Origin: an uncultured Candidatus Rokubacteria bacterium
GTDB taxonomy: Bacteria > Methylomirabilota > Methylomirabilia > Rokubacteriales > CSP1-6
Reading direction: 5' to 3'
DNA: 64,000 nt
Assembly: GCA_963754315.1 (NCBI GenBank)
Contig: CAVWFS010000008.1
Coordinates: 192,001 to 256,000 of the forward strand
The position numbers and the translations under genes are program-made. The notes beneath the pieces are model-generated. The model saw nothing but the letters and a program-made list of their open reading frames with translations, was not told the DNA's origin and ran no database searches. Positions 50,154-59,695 of the stretch are shown here, one piece after another (positions within the stretch are counted from its first letter, which is position 1; each line of letters begins with the position of its first letter).

Positions 50154-51761
50154 TCAATCCTCTGCCAGCCAGACGTCTTGGAGCTTCTGGTTGGTGAACT
50201 GGCTCGGGTGGGCCACGAAGTTCTTCACCTTAGTCCAGTGCACGACGTTCCGCATCCACCAGAGGCCGGGCATGTAGTAGGCGTTCTCGAGGACGACTTT
50301 CTGGAGCTCGATGACCAGCTTCCGGCGCTCGGCCGGGTCGAGCGTCCGGGCCTGCCGCGAGTAGAGGTCGTCGATCGCGGGACTGGAGAAGCGGCCCCAG
50401 TTCTGAGGGGACCCGGTGACGGCGAGATTCAGCAACACATCGGGATCGTCGATGACAGCACCGTTTGGGTTCACGATCAGCTCGAAGTTCCCCTGGTCCC
50501 GTCCATCCGCGAACCAGGTCGCGGTCTCGAGCGGCCGATTCTCGGCCTCGATCCCGATCTTCTTCCATTCCTGGATCGCGAACACCGCCCAGTCCTGGTA
50601 GGGGAGCCTGACGTTGCGGTTCTTGAGGACCACCTTGAAGCCGTTGGGATAACCCGCCTCGGCCAGGAGCCGCTTGGCCTCGGCCCGGCTCTTCTCGGCG
50701 TCTCGCCAGAAGCCCGGGAGCTTCTCGAGTTCGGCCGGCGACATCGCCCACTCCGTGCCCGGCCGCGTGAGGGCCCCGACCTCCTTGAGGCCCGTGATCC
50801 CGTACAGTACCTTGCTCGCCGTGTAACGATCGAGCCCCAAGGTGAGCGCCTTGCGGACACGCACGTCGGTGAACGGCTTCACGGTGTTGTTGATCGCGAT
50901 GCCAACCTGGATAGTATTGGGGGCCTGCTGGACGGCGACCTTGTCGCCTAGGTGCTTCTTGATTGTCTCCACCTCGGAGTTGGGCAGGTCGCGGAACTCG
51001 ATGTAGGCGCGGCCAGACCGGATCGCCGCTGCGCGCACGGACGTCTCGGTGCTGATGAAGAACTTGTACCCGTCGAGGTACGGGCGGTCCTTGACGAAGT
51101 AATCGGGGTTCCGCTCTCCTTCGAACGTCGATCCGCGCGTGTAGCTCTTGAATTTGAACGGTCCGGAGCCGACGACGTTGGTCTTGAAGTAATTCGGATC
51201 CTTGTCGAGGTACTTCTTCGGATAGATCACGGCCCACGGGGAGGCGAGGTTCGACAGGAGGGAGGCCGACGGGTACGAAAGCTTGAACACGACTGTGCTC
51301 TGATCCGGAGCCTCGATGCTCTTGACCGCGGTGTAGTAGATCTTCCGTGGGCTCCGGACCCCTTCCGGCGGGAAGACGATCTTGTCGTAGGTGGCCTTCA
51401 CGTCGACGGCGGTCAGCGTCGAACCGTCGTGGAATCTGATCCCCTGACGGATCTTGAAGGTATAGGTGAGACCATCGGGCGAGATCTTCCATTCGCTGGC
51501 CACGTCGCCGATGACGTTCGGGTGACCGTAGGGATCGATCTGCAAGAGCGTGCTGTAGAGCGGGGCGACCGGGTGGAGGGTCGCGAAGGTGCTTTCCTGG
51601 TGCGCGTCGAGGCTCGGCGCGTCGGCACCGATGACCGCCAGCAGCACCCCTCCCCGGCGCGGAGTTTCCGACGCCCACACGGCGGAGGACCCCGCCGCCG
51701 CCAGCAATCCGAACAGGACAGCGAGCGCGAGGACGATGACGAGCACGCGATGATGTCGCAT
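50154..51761 (-). CDS. Family 5 ABC substrate-binding protein (paralog 2)
   Basis: Signal peptide; GIRFHDG, VGSGPF and AKRLLAEAGYPNG motifs. Confidence 0.94.
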   Translation of the reverse strand: MRHHRVLVIVLALAVLFGLLAAAGSSAVWASETPRRGGVLLAVIGADAPSLDAHQESTFATLHPVAPLYSTLLQIDPYGHPNVIGDVASEWKISPDGLTYTFKIRQGIRFHDGSTLTAVDVKATYDKIVFPPEGVRSPRKIYYTAVKSIEAPDQSTVVFKLSYPSASLLSNLASPWAVIYPKKYLDKDPNYFKTNVVGSGPFKFKSYTRGSTFEGERNPDYFVKDRPYLDGYKFFISTETSVRAAAIRSGRAYIEFRDLPNSEVETIKKHLGDKVAVQQAPNTIQVGIAINNTVKPFTDVRVRKALTLGLDRYTASKVLYGITGLKEVGALTRPGTEWAMSPAELEKLPGFWRDAEKSRAEAKRLLAEAGYPNGFKVVLKNRNVRLPYQDWAVFAIQEWKKIGIEAENRPLETATWFADGRDQGNFELIVNPNGAVIDDPDVLLNLAVTGSPQNWGRFSSPAIDDLYSRQARTLDPAERRKLVIELQKVVLENAYYMPGLWWMRNVVHWTKVKNFVAHPSQFTNQKLQDVWLAED

Positions 51762-51856
51762 CTCTTGACCCTCCCTCGGTTGTCTGAGGAGCCGCCAACG
51801 CGCCTAATCTCTGCCGATCGTCTGCCTGACCGTCACCTCATGAATATGCGCGACGT

Positions 51857-53470
51857 TCAATTCTCGGACAGCCACACGTCCTGGAGCTTCTGATTGGTGT
51901 AGTGACTGGGGGGCGCCACATAGTTCTTCACCTTGGCCCAGTGCACCACGTTGCGCGTCCACCACAGCCCCGGCATGTAGTAGACGTTCTCGATCACGCG
52001 TTGCTGGAGCTGCATGACCAGCTTCTTGCGCTCGGCGGGGTCGATGGCCCGGGCCTGCCGGGAGAACAGGTCGTCGACGACGGGATCGGAGAAGCGCCCG
52101 TAGTTCTGGGGGGCGCCGGTGGTGTAACGGTTGAGGAACTGGTCCGGATCGTCCATGAACTCGACGGTGGGGCCGATCATCAACTCGAAGTTCGCCCCCT
52201 GCAGATCGGCGAACCAGGCCGCGGTTTCGACGGGCCGATTCTCGGCCTCGATCCCGATTTTTCTCCATTCCTGGATCGCGAACACCGCCAGGTCTTGGTA
52301 CGGCAGCTTCACGTTGCGGTTCTTGAGGACGACCTTGAAGCCGTTGGGGTACCCGGCCTCGGCCAAGAGACGCTTGGCCTCGGCCCGGCTCTTCTCGGCG
52401 TCTCGCCAGAACCCTGGCAGCTTCTCAAGCTCGGCGGGTGGCATGGCAAACTCAGTGCCCGGACGCAGCAGACCGCCCGGGTCGCGGAGGCCCGTCAAGG
52501 TATAGAGCACCTTGCCCCCCGTATAGCGGTCAAAGCCGAGCGTGACAGCCTTGCGTACGCGGGGGTCGGTGAACGGTTTCACCGTGTTGTTGATGAGGAT
52601 CCCGAACTGGCCGACCATGGGTGTTTGCTGGACGGCGACCTTGTCACCCAGCTGCTTCTTGATCGCTTCCGCCTCTGCGTTGGGCAGATCGCGGAATTCG
52701 ATGTACGCGCGCCCGGACCGGATGGCGGCTGCCCGCACGGACGTCTCGGGGCTGATGTAGAACTTGTAGCCGTCGAGGTAGGGTCGGTCCTTGATGAAGT
52801 AGTCGGGGTTGCGCTCCCCCTCGAATGTGGAGCCGCGAGTGTAGCTTTTGAACTTGAAGGGGCCGGAACCCACGACGTTCGTCTTGAAGTAGTTGGGATC
52901 CTTGTCCAGGTACTTCTTCGGATATATGACGTTCCACGGAGACGCGAGGTTGCTCAGCAGTGAGGCCGACGGGAACTTGAGCTTGAACACGACGGTGGCG
53001 GGATCGGGGGCCTCGATGCGCTCGATCGACGTGTAGGCCTCCTTGCGGATACTGGCCACTCCCTGGGGCGGGGAGACGATCTTCTCGTAGCTGGCCTTGA
53101 CGTCGGCGGACGTCAACGGCGAGCCGTCGTGGAACTTGATGCCCTGGCGAAGCTTGAAGGTGTACGTCAGCCCATCCGGGGACATCTTCCACTCGGTGGC
53201 CACGTCACCGATGATCTTCGGGTAGTTGAGGGGATCGATCTGCAGCAACAGGCTGTAGAGCGGCGCCACCAGCTGGATGTTGGCAAACGTGCTTTCCTGA
53301 TGGGGGTCGAGGCTCGGCGGGTCGGCGCCAATGACGGCGAGCAACACGCCGCCCCGGCGTGGGGTTTCCGGAGCCTGGGCTCCGACCGGTATCGTCACGA
53401 CCATCGACATACCGAGGAGCGCCACGGCCAAGACCACGAAGAAGCTCAGGTAACGTCGGGACCGTTCCAT
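51857..53470 (-). CDS. Family 5 ABC substrate-binding protein (paralog 1)
   Basis: Start MERSRRYL after GGAGG; highly similar to the adjacent SBP. Confidence 0.94.
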   Translation of the reverse strand: MERSRRYLSFFVVLAVALLGMSMVVTIPVGAQAPETPRRGGVLLAVIGADPPSLDPHQESTFANIQLVAPLYSLLLQIDPLNYPKIIGDVATEWKMSPDGLTYTFKLRQGIKFHDGSPLTSADVKASYEKIVSPPQGVASIRKEAYTSIERIEAPDPATVVFKLKFPSASLLSNLASPWNVIYPKKYLDKDPNYFKTNVVGSGPFKFKSYTRGSTFEGERNPDYFIKDRPYLDGYKFYISPETSVRAAAIRSGRAYIEFRDLPNAEAEAIKKQLGDKVAVQQTPMVGQFGILINNTVKPFTDPRVRKAVTLGFDRYTGGKVLYTLTGLRDPGGLLRPGTEFAMPPAELEKLPGFWRDAEKSRAEAKRLLAEAGYPNGFKVVLKNRNVKLPYQDLAVFAIQEWRKIGIEAENRPVETAAWFADLQGANFELMIGPTVEFMDDPDQFLNRYTTGAPQNYGRFSDPVVDDLFSRQARAIDPAERKKLVMQLQQRVIENVYYMPGLWWTRNVVHWAKVKNYVAPPSHYTNQKLQDVWLSEN

Positions 53471-53699
53471 GCGCTGACACCTCCGATTGATGGGGGAAAA
53501 CTGCCACTCAGGGCACGTCGAGCGGACGGCGAGCAGGTGCGACAATCTGAGCGGTCCTGGGATCCGAGCCATTCACTCTCCTCCCGGGCCTTGAACGATG
53601 CCCGCCGGCTTCAACGGATCCACCTCAACGCGGCAAGCACGCGATGGGGGGAGGGGCTCCGGAAGCGAGTTCGGGCAATCCTTGCGCTCGACGCGGCGG

Positions 53700-53728
53700 A
53701 CGCTACCAGGGTGCGACGCGGCTGTCAA
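53700..53728 (-). promoter_or_regulatory. Sigma70-type promoter for the SBP-SBP-dppB-dppC-MFS operon
   Basis: Minus strand TTGACA-N17-TAGCGT. Confidence 0.6.
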
Positions 53729-53866
53729 CGTTTCTTGCTCTTGGCCCGGGCCAGGGGCCCACCGTGCTATCGTGACCGTCGCCGAGCGACGCGCACAGCA
53801 GTAACAAGCACCATAGGGCGGTTGTTCCGAGAGCATAAGACTTCTCAGAGCCTGCGAAGGGTACAC

Positions 53867-54097
53867 TCGGGACGCCCCGAGCGTCGTGGGGGGATGTGGG
53901 GGGCCATGTCGGGGCCCCAGAGCGCGGCGCGTGAATTCGAGGGGCGTCACGGGTATCCCGGGACGTCCTCGAGCGGTGGGGGGAATGGGGGGCGATGTCG
54001 GGGCCCCCGAGCCGGCGCGTGAAATCGAGGGGCGTCACGGGTATCCCGGGACGTCCTCGAGCGTTGGGGGGATGGGGGGCCATGTCGGGGCCCCCCA
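53867..54097. repeat. Tandem array (~2.5 units, ~88-bp period) of the same double-hairpin family, inverted relative to the 37.5-kb array
   Basis: Unit cgcgtgaa.tcgaggggcgtcacgggtatcccgggacgtcctcgagcg.tggggggatggggggccatgtcggggccccc; its reverse complement aligns to the 37.5-kb unit. Confidence 0.9.
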
Positions 54098-54111
54098 TAA
54101 GGAGGTAGGCC

Positions 54112-55308
54112 ATGGCCCGCGGAGGATATCGCGTATTCGACGCCGATACGCACCTGATCGAGCCCGTCGAGCCCATCGAGGCCTATCTGTCGGATCGCGA
54201 TCGCGCCCGGCTGGCGGCGGCAGGCTCCGCGGTGGGGCGGGCGCCGGCTAAGGGCGGTATGTCTCGCTATCACGTCGGAAAACGGCCGACGCTCGACCGA
54301 CGCCTCGGCTCGAAGGAGCGCGTATCGGCCCCGACGGCCATCACCCGGGGTTTGAAAGACGGCGGTACACCCTGGGATGTGCGCTGGCAAGGCCCCCCGT
54401 TTCCGAGCGAGCGCGTCAGCTTCGACCCTCACGCACGGGTCCGCGACATGGACATCGAGGGCATCGACGTGAACATGGTTCTGCCCTCGGGCGGGCTGCC
54501 GGCGTTCTGCGGCCTGGACGATGTCAAGCTCGAGCTGGCGATGTACGAGGCCTATCACCGATTCCTGAACGACTACTGCGCCCCCTATCCGGATCGGCTG
54601 ACCAGCGTGATCCTGGCCTCGGGGCGAGACATACCGGCCTCGGTGGCCGAGGTGCGCCGCTGCGGCAAGGAGGACTGGCCGGTCGGCATCTTCCCGATCT
54701 GCCCACCGGAGATGTCGCTGGACGATCCCGACTGGGAGCCCGTCTGGGCGGTAGCCCAAGAGCATGACCTCACCGTCATCATCCACACGTTCACCATGAC
54801 CGTGCCATATCCGCCAGGTGTGTGGGACACCTGGAACAATGTGTTCCTGCAACGCTCCGCCAGCCACGTCTGGAACGCCCAGCGCAACATGGCGGCCCTC
54901 ATCGGGGCGGGGGTTCTGGATCGATACCCGGAACTGCGCCTGGCCCCCCTCGAGTGCGGGCACGGCTGGCTGGCCTCGTGGGGCGCGCGCCTCGACGAAC
55001 TGGCCGAGATGTGCCGCCATGCCTTGCCGCCGCTGGCCCGAAAACCCAGCGAATACATCCGGGGCCCCCAGTATCACCAGAGTATCCAGATTCACGAAGG
55101 TGAGCAGTCGCTCCGCCACGCGATCGAGGCCCTCGGCGAGGACACCCTGATGTTCGCGACCGACTATCCGCACTCGGAGAGCTGGTTTCCCAAGTCGGTC
55201 GAGGTCGTGCTGGGCTGGTCGCTGCCCGAGCAGGTCCTGCGCAAGCTCTTCTGGGACAACGCCGTGCGCTGCTATCGCCGGTACCAGGCCCGGGTGGTGG
55301 CCGGCTGA
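54112..55308 (+). CDS. Amidohydrolase_2 family protein
   Basis: FDADTH, DMDIEGID, LECGHGW and FATDYPH motifs. Confidence 0.92.
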   Translation: MARGGYRVFDADTHLIEPVEPIEAYLSDRDRARLAAAGSAVGRAPAKGGMSRYHVGKRPTLDRRLGSKERVSAPTAITRGLKDGGTPWDVRWQGPPFPSERVSFDPHARVRDMDIEGIDVNMVLPSGGLPAFCGLDDVKLELAMYEAYHRFLNDYCAPYPDRLTSVILASGRDIPASVAEVRRCGKEDWPVGIFPICPPEMSLDDPDWEPVWAVAQEHDLTVIIHTFTMTVPYPPGVWDTWNNVFLQRSASHVWNAQRNMAALIGAGVLDRYPELRLAPLECGHGWLASWGARLDELAEMCRHALPPLARKPSEYIRGPQYHQSIQIHEGEQSLRHAIEALGEDTLMFATDYPHSESWFPKSVEVVLGWSLPEQVLRKLFWDNAVRCYRRYQARVVAG

Positions 55309-55309
55309 G

Positions 55310-56179
55310 ATGAAATTCGGTCTGCGCTACGCGAGCCTCGGACGATACGCAAATGGGGCCGCCGCGGTGGAGCTCGCCCAGGCCGCCGAGGCAGCGGGCT
55401 TCGACTCGATCTGGACGGTCGAGCACGTGGTGGTGCCCCACGGTTACCAGTCTCGCTATCCGTACTCCCCGACCGGGCGGATGGGCTCGGGCCTGGAGGA
55501 CTTTCCCATTCCCGATCCCCTGATCTGGCTGGCCTATATCGCATCGGCCACCCGGACCATCAAGCTCGGCACGGCCATTCTGATTCTCCCCCAGCGGAAT
55601 CCTGTGGTCACGGCCAAGGCCGTTGCCACTCTCGATCACCTGGCCGGTGGCGGCCGCGTCTTGCTGGGGATAGGCGTGGGTTGGCTGGCCGAGGAGTTCG
55701 CGACGCTCGGGGTGCCCTTCGATGATCGTGGGCCACGCACGGACGACTACGTGGCCGCCATGCGGGCACTGTGGAGCCAGGACTGCGCGAGCTACCGTGG
55801 TCGGTTCGTCGCCTTCAACCAGGTGTTCTGTCGTCCGCTACCGCAGGAGCGGCGGATCCCCATCATCATCGGGGGCGACACCATGGCCGCTGCGCGGCGG
55901 GCGGGGCGACTCGGCGACGGCTACTTTCCCGCTCGGGCCGCCCCGCCGGAGCTCCTGGCCGAGATGCGCCGCGCGGCGGAAGCGGCCGGCCGGGATCCGG
56001 CGAAGATCGAGATCACCCTGGCCGCTCCCACTGACCTCTCCGACATCGAGGCGCTGGCCAGGCAGGGGGTGGCCCGGGTGGCGGTGCCGGTGAGCTCGGC
56101 GGCGGGCCTGCCCGCTCAGGTCAAGACGCCCGAAGACGTGCTCCGTTACGGGAAGGACGTGATCGCCCGGTTCCGTTGA
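55310..56179 (+). CDS. LLM class, probably F420-dependent oxidoreductase (Rv2161c-like)
   Basis: GFDSIWTVEHVVVP..YPY, LPQRNP and GVGWLAEEF motifs. Confidence 0.9.
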   Translation: MKFGLRYASLGRYANGAAAVELAQAAEAAGFDSIWTVEHVVVPHGYQSRYPYSPTGRMGSGLEDFPIPDPLIWLAYIASATRTIKLGTAILILPQRNPVVTAKAVATLDHLAGGGRVLLGIGVGWLAEEFATLGVPFDDRGPRTDDYVAAMRALWSQDCASYRGRFVAFNQVFCRPLPQERRIPIIIGGDTMAAARRAGRLGDGYFPARAAPPELLAEMRRAAEAAGRDPAKIEITLAAPTDLSDIEALARQGVARVAVPVSSAAGLPAQVKTPEDVLRYGKDVIARFR

Positions 56180-56204
56180 GGTGGATTCGACAACCAGGAG
56201 ACTC

Positions 56205-57443
56205 ATGCGCATGAAGTTCGAAGAACTCGTGAAGCCCGAGGAAGTGGGACTGTCGTCGTCGAGGCTGGCCCGGATCAGCGCCCATCTGGCGCGGTACGTC
56301 GAAGGCGGCAAGCTGGCGGGAACTCTGACCTTGATCGCCCGTGGGGGGCGGGTGGCCTACTGCGAGGCCCTGGGGCACCTGGAGATCGAGCGTCGGCGAC
56401 CCCTGACCCCCGACACCATCTTCCGCATCTACTCCATGACCAAGCCCATCACCAGCGTGGGGCTGATGATGCTCTACGAGCAGGGGCGGTTCCAGCTCGA
56501 CGATCCCGTGCACCGCTTCATTCCCGCGTGGAAGGGGCTTCAAACGTTCGTGGCCGGCAATCACCCCGCCTTCGTGACCGCCCCCGCGGCGCGAGACATG
56601 ACGATCCGCGATCTGCTCACCCACACGTCCGGGCTCACCTATGGATTCATGGAGCGAACCAATGTCGACGCCGCCTACCGAAAGCTCGGCGTTGCCGATC
56701 GCGCCCGGCCCGGCTACACCCTGCGCAACATGGTCGATACCCTGGCTCAGCTGCCCCTGGAGTTTTCCCCCGGGACCCGCTGGAACTATTCCGTCTCCAC
56801 CGACGTGCTCGGGTACCTGATCGAGGTCATCTCCGGTCAACGATTGGACGCATATCTTCGCGAGCACGTGCTGGAACCGCTGGACATGCGGGATACGGGC
56901 TTCGTCATCACCGATGCCCAGATCCCGCGCTTCGCTGCCAACTACCAGCGCCAGACCGACGGGAGCTTGACCTTGGTCGATGACCCGGAGGCCAGCCAAT
57001 ACCGGGAGTGTAGCTTCCTCTCGGGCGGGGGCGGGCTGGTCTCGACGGCGGCGGACTACTTTCGCTTCGCCGCCATGCTGCGCAATCGGGGTGAGCTGGA
57101 TGGTGTCCGCCTCCTCGGGCGAAAAACAGTGGAGTTGATGACGGTGAACCACCTGCCGGGCGGTCAGGATCTGGCCCAGCTTGCCCAGGGGGGGGCCTTC
57201 ACGGAGACTGCGTACGCTGGGGTCGGGTTCGGACTTGGCTTCTCGGTCATGCAGTCGCCGTCGCGCGCGCACATCCTCGGCACTCCGGGCGAGTTTGCCT
57301 GGGGCGGCGCGGCCAGCACGGCCTTCTGGATCGATCCCACGGAGGATCTGATCGTCATCTTCATGACCCAGCTCATGCCGTCCTCGTCATATCCGTTGCG
57401 GCGGGAGCTACGCGTCCTGACCTATGCCGCATTGATCGACTGA
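56205..57443 (+). CDS. Serine hydrolase, beta-lactamase/esterase family VIII
   Basis: FRIYSMTK (SxxK), LLTHTSG, PGTRWNYS and WGGAAST motifs. Confidence 0.92.
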   Translation: MRMKFEELVKPEEVGLSSSRLARISAHLARYVEGGKLAGTLTLIARGGRVAYCEALGHLEIERRRPLTPDTIFRIYSMTKPITSVGLMMLYEQGRFQLDDPVHRFIPAWKGLQTFVAGNHPAFVTAPAARDMTIRDLLTHTSGLTYGFMERTNVDAAYRKLGVADRARPGYTLRNMVDTLAQLPLEFSPGTRWNYSVSTDVLGYLIEVISGQRLDAYLREHVLEPLDMRDTGFVITDAQIPRFAANYQRQTDGSLTLVDDPEASQYRECSFLSGGGGLVSTAADYFRFAAMLRNRGELDGVRLLGRKTVELMTVNHLPGGQDLAQLAQGGAFTETAYAGVGFGLGFSVMQSPSRAHILGTPGEFAWGGAASTAFWIDPTEDLIVIFMTQLMPSSSYPLRRELRVLTYAALID

Positions 57444-57452
57444 GCGGAGGCC

Positions 57453-58659
57453 ATGGACCACGCGCTGAGTGACATCACTGTGCTCGACCTAGGACAGGTC
57501 ATCGCCATGCCCTTCTGCACCATGCTGCTGGCCGACCTCGGGGCCAGGGTGATCAAGGTCGAGTCGCGGGAACGCGGCCGCGAACGTCTGTCGCTCGGCG
57601 TGAAGCGGCGGCGGGACGGGGTCGAGGAGCGCGTGCCGGCTGCCCAGTACCGTGAGCGGAACAAGCTGGCTATCACCCTGGAGCTGAAGACACCGCGAGG
57701 GGCGGCCCTCTTCAAAGAGCTGGTGAAGCACGCGGATGTGGTGACCGAGAACTTCAGCGTAGGGCACCATGGAGCGTCTGGGCCTCGGCTACGAGGACCT
57801 CCGGCAGCTGAACCCGGGCCTTGTCTACGCGTCGATCACCGCCTTCGGACAGCACGGGCCCTACGCGGCCCAGCGAGGCTACGACATCCTGGCCCAGGCC
57901 ATCAGCGGCTACATGAGCATCACGGGGTTCCCCGACCAGCCTCCGACCCGGTCGGGCCAGTCCATCTCGGACTACTATGCCGGCATGCTCTGCGCTTTCA
58001 GCGTGGTGTCCGCGCTGCACTACCGCCACCGCACGGGAAAGGGTCAGCGTATCGATCTGGCCCTGCTCGACAGCCTGCTGGTGGCGCTCGACAACCTCGG
58101 CGAGCGCTATACCGTCGGCGGTGAGATCCTCACCCGGGCGGGCAACGTGTCCTTCGGCGGATCCAGCTCGGGTGTCTATGCGACGAGCGACGGTCATGTG
58201 GCCATCGCGGCCGGGGCCAGCGACGCCGTGTGGGGCAGGTTCTGCGAGATCATCGGGCGCGTTGACCTTATCCGGGATGGTGGGTTCGCCACGGCGGCCG
58301 CTCGGCGCGATCGCCGCGACCAGATCGCGGGCATCATCCAGGGATGGACCGCCCAGCGCACGAAGGCCGACGTCGTCCAGACGCTTGCCACGGCAGGCGT
58401 TCCCGCGGCGCCGGTCAACAACGTCGCCGAGATGGTTGCCGACCCACAGGTGCAGGCTCGGGAGATGTTCGTCGAGCTAGACCATCCCACCTTTGGACCG
58501 CTGAAGACGACGGGAACGCCCCTCAAGCTGTCCGAGACGCCGGGGCGCGTCCGCTGGCTGGCCCCCGAGCCCGGCGAGCACAACGAGGAGGTCTTCGTCG
58601 GTCTCCTCGGCTATTCTTATGACGATCTGGCCCGATGGCACGCCGAGGGTGTGATCTAG
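57453..58659 (+). CDS. CoA-transferase family III (CaiB/BaiF), frameshifted near 57763
   Basis: VLDL..LADLGARVIKVE..RNK..ENFS plus GTMERLGLGYE..GYD..PGEHN, joined by removing one G. Confidence 0.9.
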
Positions 58660-58684
58660 AGCTTATCCGCGAAGGGAGACAGAC

Positions 58685-59620
58685 ATGCAGTTTGGCCTAT
58701 TCACGAGCATGGGCGCCCAGACCTGGTCGGGCGTTCTGGAATTCTGGCGCCACCTCGAAGCCACCGGGTGGGACATCGCCTGTGTGACCGACCACTTCAT
58801 GCCGAACACGAAGGAGCGCGAGGGCGCCATGCTGGAGTCCTGGAGCACGCTCAGCGCCCTGGCAGCTCTGGTGCCGCGTATGCGCGTAGGGACCATCGTG
58901 CTGGGCAACACGTACCGTCACCCGGCCGTGGTGGCCAAGATGGCGACCCAGGTCGACATCATCTCGGGCGGTCGCCTCCTGCTGGGCATCGGCGCCGGCT
59001 GGCAGGAGAACGAGCACGCGGCCTACGGCATCCCCTTCTACACGATGCGCGAGCGCCTGGAGCGCCTGGACGAGGCGTGTGAGGTCATCCGGGCGCTGTG
59101 GACCCAGCGCCGCAGTGACTTCAAGGGCCGCTACTACCAGCTCGCCGATGCTCCGCTGGATCCCAAGCCCGTCCAGACGCCGCATCCCGAGCTGATGATC
59201 GGCGGGGGCGGCGAGCGCGTGACCTTGCGGATCGTCGCCAAGCACGCCGACCACTGGAACGTGTGGGGCGGTCCCAAGATCGCGACGAAGAAGGGCGCCA
59301 TCCTGGACGCTCACTGCGGCGCCGTGGGTCGCGAGTCCAAGAGCATCCGGCGCTCGGTCAACATGGCCCTGCTCATCACCGACAAGAAGGCCGATGTCGA
59401 ACGGCTCGCCGATACCATCGCCGCTCGCATGGGTCGTCACGCGGCGGATGCCCGGGACACCTGCCTGGCCGGGACCCCCGAGCAGATCCGCGAGCAGCTC
59501 CACCAGCTGCGAGCCGCCGGCGTCGATGTGGTTTTCGTCCCGAGCCTGTTCCGACCCCTGCCCGAGCTGCGACGCGACCTCGACCGGTTCATCGCGGAGA
59601 TTGCCCCCGCGTTTCGTTAG
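58685..59620 (+). CDS. LLM class, probably F420-dependent oxidoreductase (Rv1855c-like)
   Basis: DHFMP, GNTYRHPAV, GIGAGW.E.EH and IGGGGERVTLR motifs. Confidence 0.92.
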   Translation: MQFGLFTSMGAQTWSGVLEFWRHLEATGWDIACVTDHFMPNTKEREGAMLESWSTLSALAALVPRMRVGTIVLGNTYRHPAVVAKMATQVDIISGGRLLLGIGAGWQENEHAAYGIPFYTMRERLERLDEACEVIRALWTQRRSDFKGRYYQLADAPLDPKPVQTPHPELMIGGGGERVTLRIVAKHADHWNVWGGPKIATKKGAILDAHCGAVGRESKSIRRSVNMALLITDKKADVERLADTIAARMGRHAADARDTCLAGTPEQIREQLHQLRAAGVDVVFVPSLFRPLPELRRDLDRFIAEIAPAFR

Positions 59621-59695
59621 CGTGGGGCGCCTCGAAGGGGCTGGTCGAACCCGGAACGCTCCGAACAGGGAAGGGCTTAGTGGGAGGCAGAGAGG

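Noticed and set aside
53780..53860. Glycine riboswitch (gaga..tctcag)
   Set aside because: The GGAGA/CCGAAG core arrangement is missing; kept only as a weak unknown-leader candidate
56205..57443. Beta-lactam resistance gene
   Set aside because: No signal peptide and an esterase-VIII-like sequence in a catabolic operon
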